A DNA stretch of 64,000 bases from Carcharhinus longimanus (taxonomy: Eukaryota): NCBI GenBank assembly GCA_030264375.1, contig JASCQW010000099.1:65360087-65424086 (forward strand). The letters run 5' to 3'. Of this stretch, positions 63,121-64,000 are shown piece after piece. A model generated the notes under the pieces. That model saw only the letters and a program-made list of their open reading frames with translations. It was not told where the DNA came from and did no database searches. Each line of letters starts with the position of its first letter. Positions within the stretch are counted from its first letter, which is position 1. Both the position numbers and the translations under genes were made by a program.

Positions 63121-63715
63121 TTATGTGATCTTGCATCATTGTTGCTTCTGGGGAGTAAATAAAGTAACGATCAGTTATGCCCGTAATCAGATACCCTGAG
63201 CTATAGATGCATCTTCGGCCAGCCTTGAACCTATTAGGCAATGCAGATTGAAATGTTATCCCTTCGCCTTCCAGCTTCTGTTTGGTTGAAGCATTGAATA
63301 GCATAATCTCTGGTATAAAACGGTTGTCTTCCTTTGCTTGTGACTCGTGACAGGGACAAGAATGTACGTTGGTATTCCAGGCAGAAGGATTTGGTTCAGT
63401 TAGATACCAAAGCCAGCACTTTTGCTGGTAGCTTTTATTGTATTTACTGGAGTTTTGCAGATCCAGCCGGTAAGCCCATTGCCCAAGGAGTCCTGTGTTT
63501 CCAATTGCTTGATCTGGCCTGTATCTTCCTCCTGGGCCATATGTGTTAACTTTTTGAGTTTGGGGATCATTGTAAAATATTCCTTTACCATTTGTGTAGC
63601 CAATCAATGCTCTGTGGAGTAATCTCTGACCGGGGTACCAGAGCATTTTAGCATATTTTAACAAAGCAAAGGAGAGAATTCCATCCGTAGTCAATATGCA
63701 CTGAAATGTGTTTGT
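63121..63715 (-). CDS. MUC4/SUSD2-like gene, 595-bp exon (NIDO C-terminus plus AMOP N-terminus)
   Basis: tttacag acceptor, gtgagt donor; TNTFQCILTTDG..SFAL..Y, RYRPD...GNTG..GQWAYRLD, KCWLWY..EP, SCPC..SQA.ED.RF. Confidence 0.95.
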
Positions 63716-64000
63716 CTGTAAATGAATATGTAGAGAAAAATTAAAAATATCTCTGAAAAAGTAAATAATGTCACATGAAAATAGCAATTACAAATCAACA
63801 AACCAAGCATTTTCAAATATTCAAGAGCATGTAGAGAATTAATTTAGCTTACAGAGACAATCAATTTGTTACACCTAAATGAGGCAAATCTAACAGTGGA
63901 ATTACTCAGGTATGGAATAAAAAATATAAAATATGTTGGAAAAATAAATCACATTGATCAATGTATGAAGAAGAAAAAAGTTTAAAACTTTGAATGTGAC

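Noticed and set aside
219-63622. Most entries of the six-frame ORF track
   Set aside because: They are short chance ORFs, antisense shadows or decayed TE frames; real coding here is in spliced exons.

Overview
Vertebrate genomic DNA, almost certainly a shark (HE1-type SINEs, HER1/CR1 LINEs, shark-type Penelope termini), from a draft assembly with six N gaps (2370-2377, 21597-21696, 28872-28971, 54017-54116, 55630-55729, 57032-57131). Most of the window is decayed transposable elements: Rex1/Babar, CR1, L2, L1, a Vingi/Ingi-like LINE, Penelope-like elements with minimal hammerhead ribozymes, PIF/Harbinger elements and MITEs, a hAT MITE and Gypsy-type solo LTRs. Two convergent protein-coding genes can be read from splice sites. 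(1) On the + strand are three 84-bp LRR exons of NLRC3 (29327-31687); I could not find its flanking exons by eye. (2) On the - strand are eight exons of a MUC4/SUSD2-family type I membrane protein (NIDO-AMOP-VWD...cbEGF-TM-tail, 63715 to 47016) that lacks the GDPH autocleavage motif. The most striking observation is an 87-bp copy of a + strand exon (38926-39012) that reappears at 54117-54203, joined exactly at its splice donor to the antisense strand of the mucin VWD exon. This looks like a spliced antisense (possibly NLRC3 read-through) transcript junction captured in the assembly. All family calls come from recognising motifs by eye; no database searches were run and repeat boundaries are approximate.
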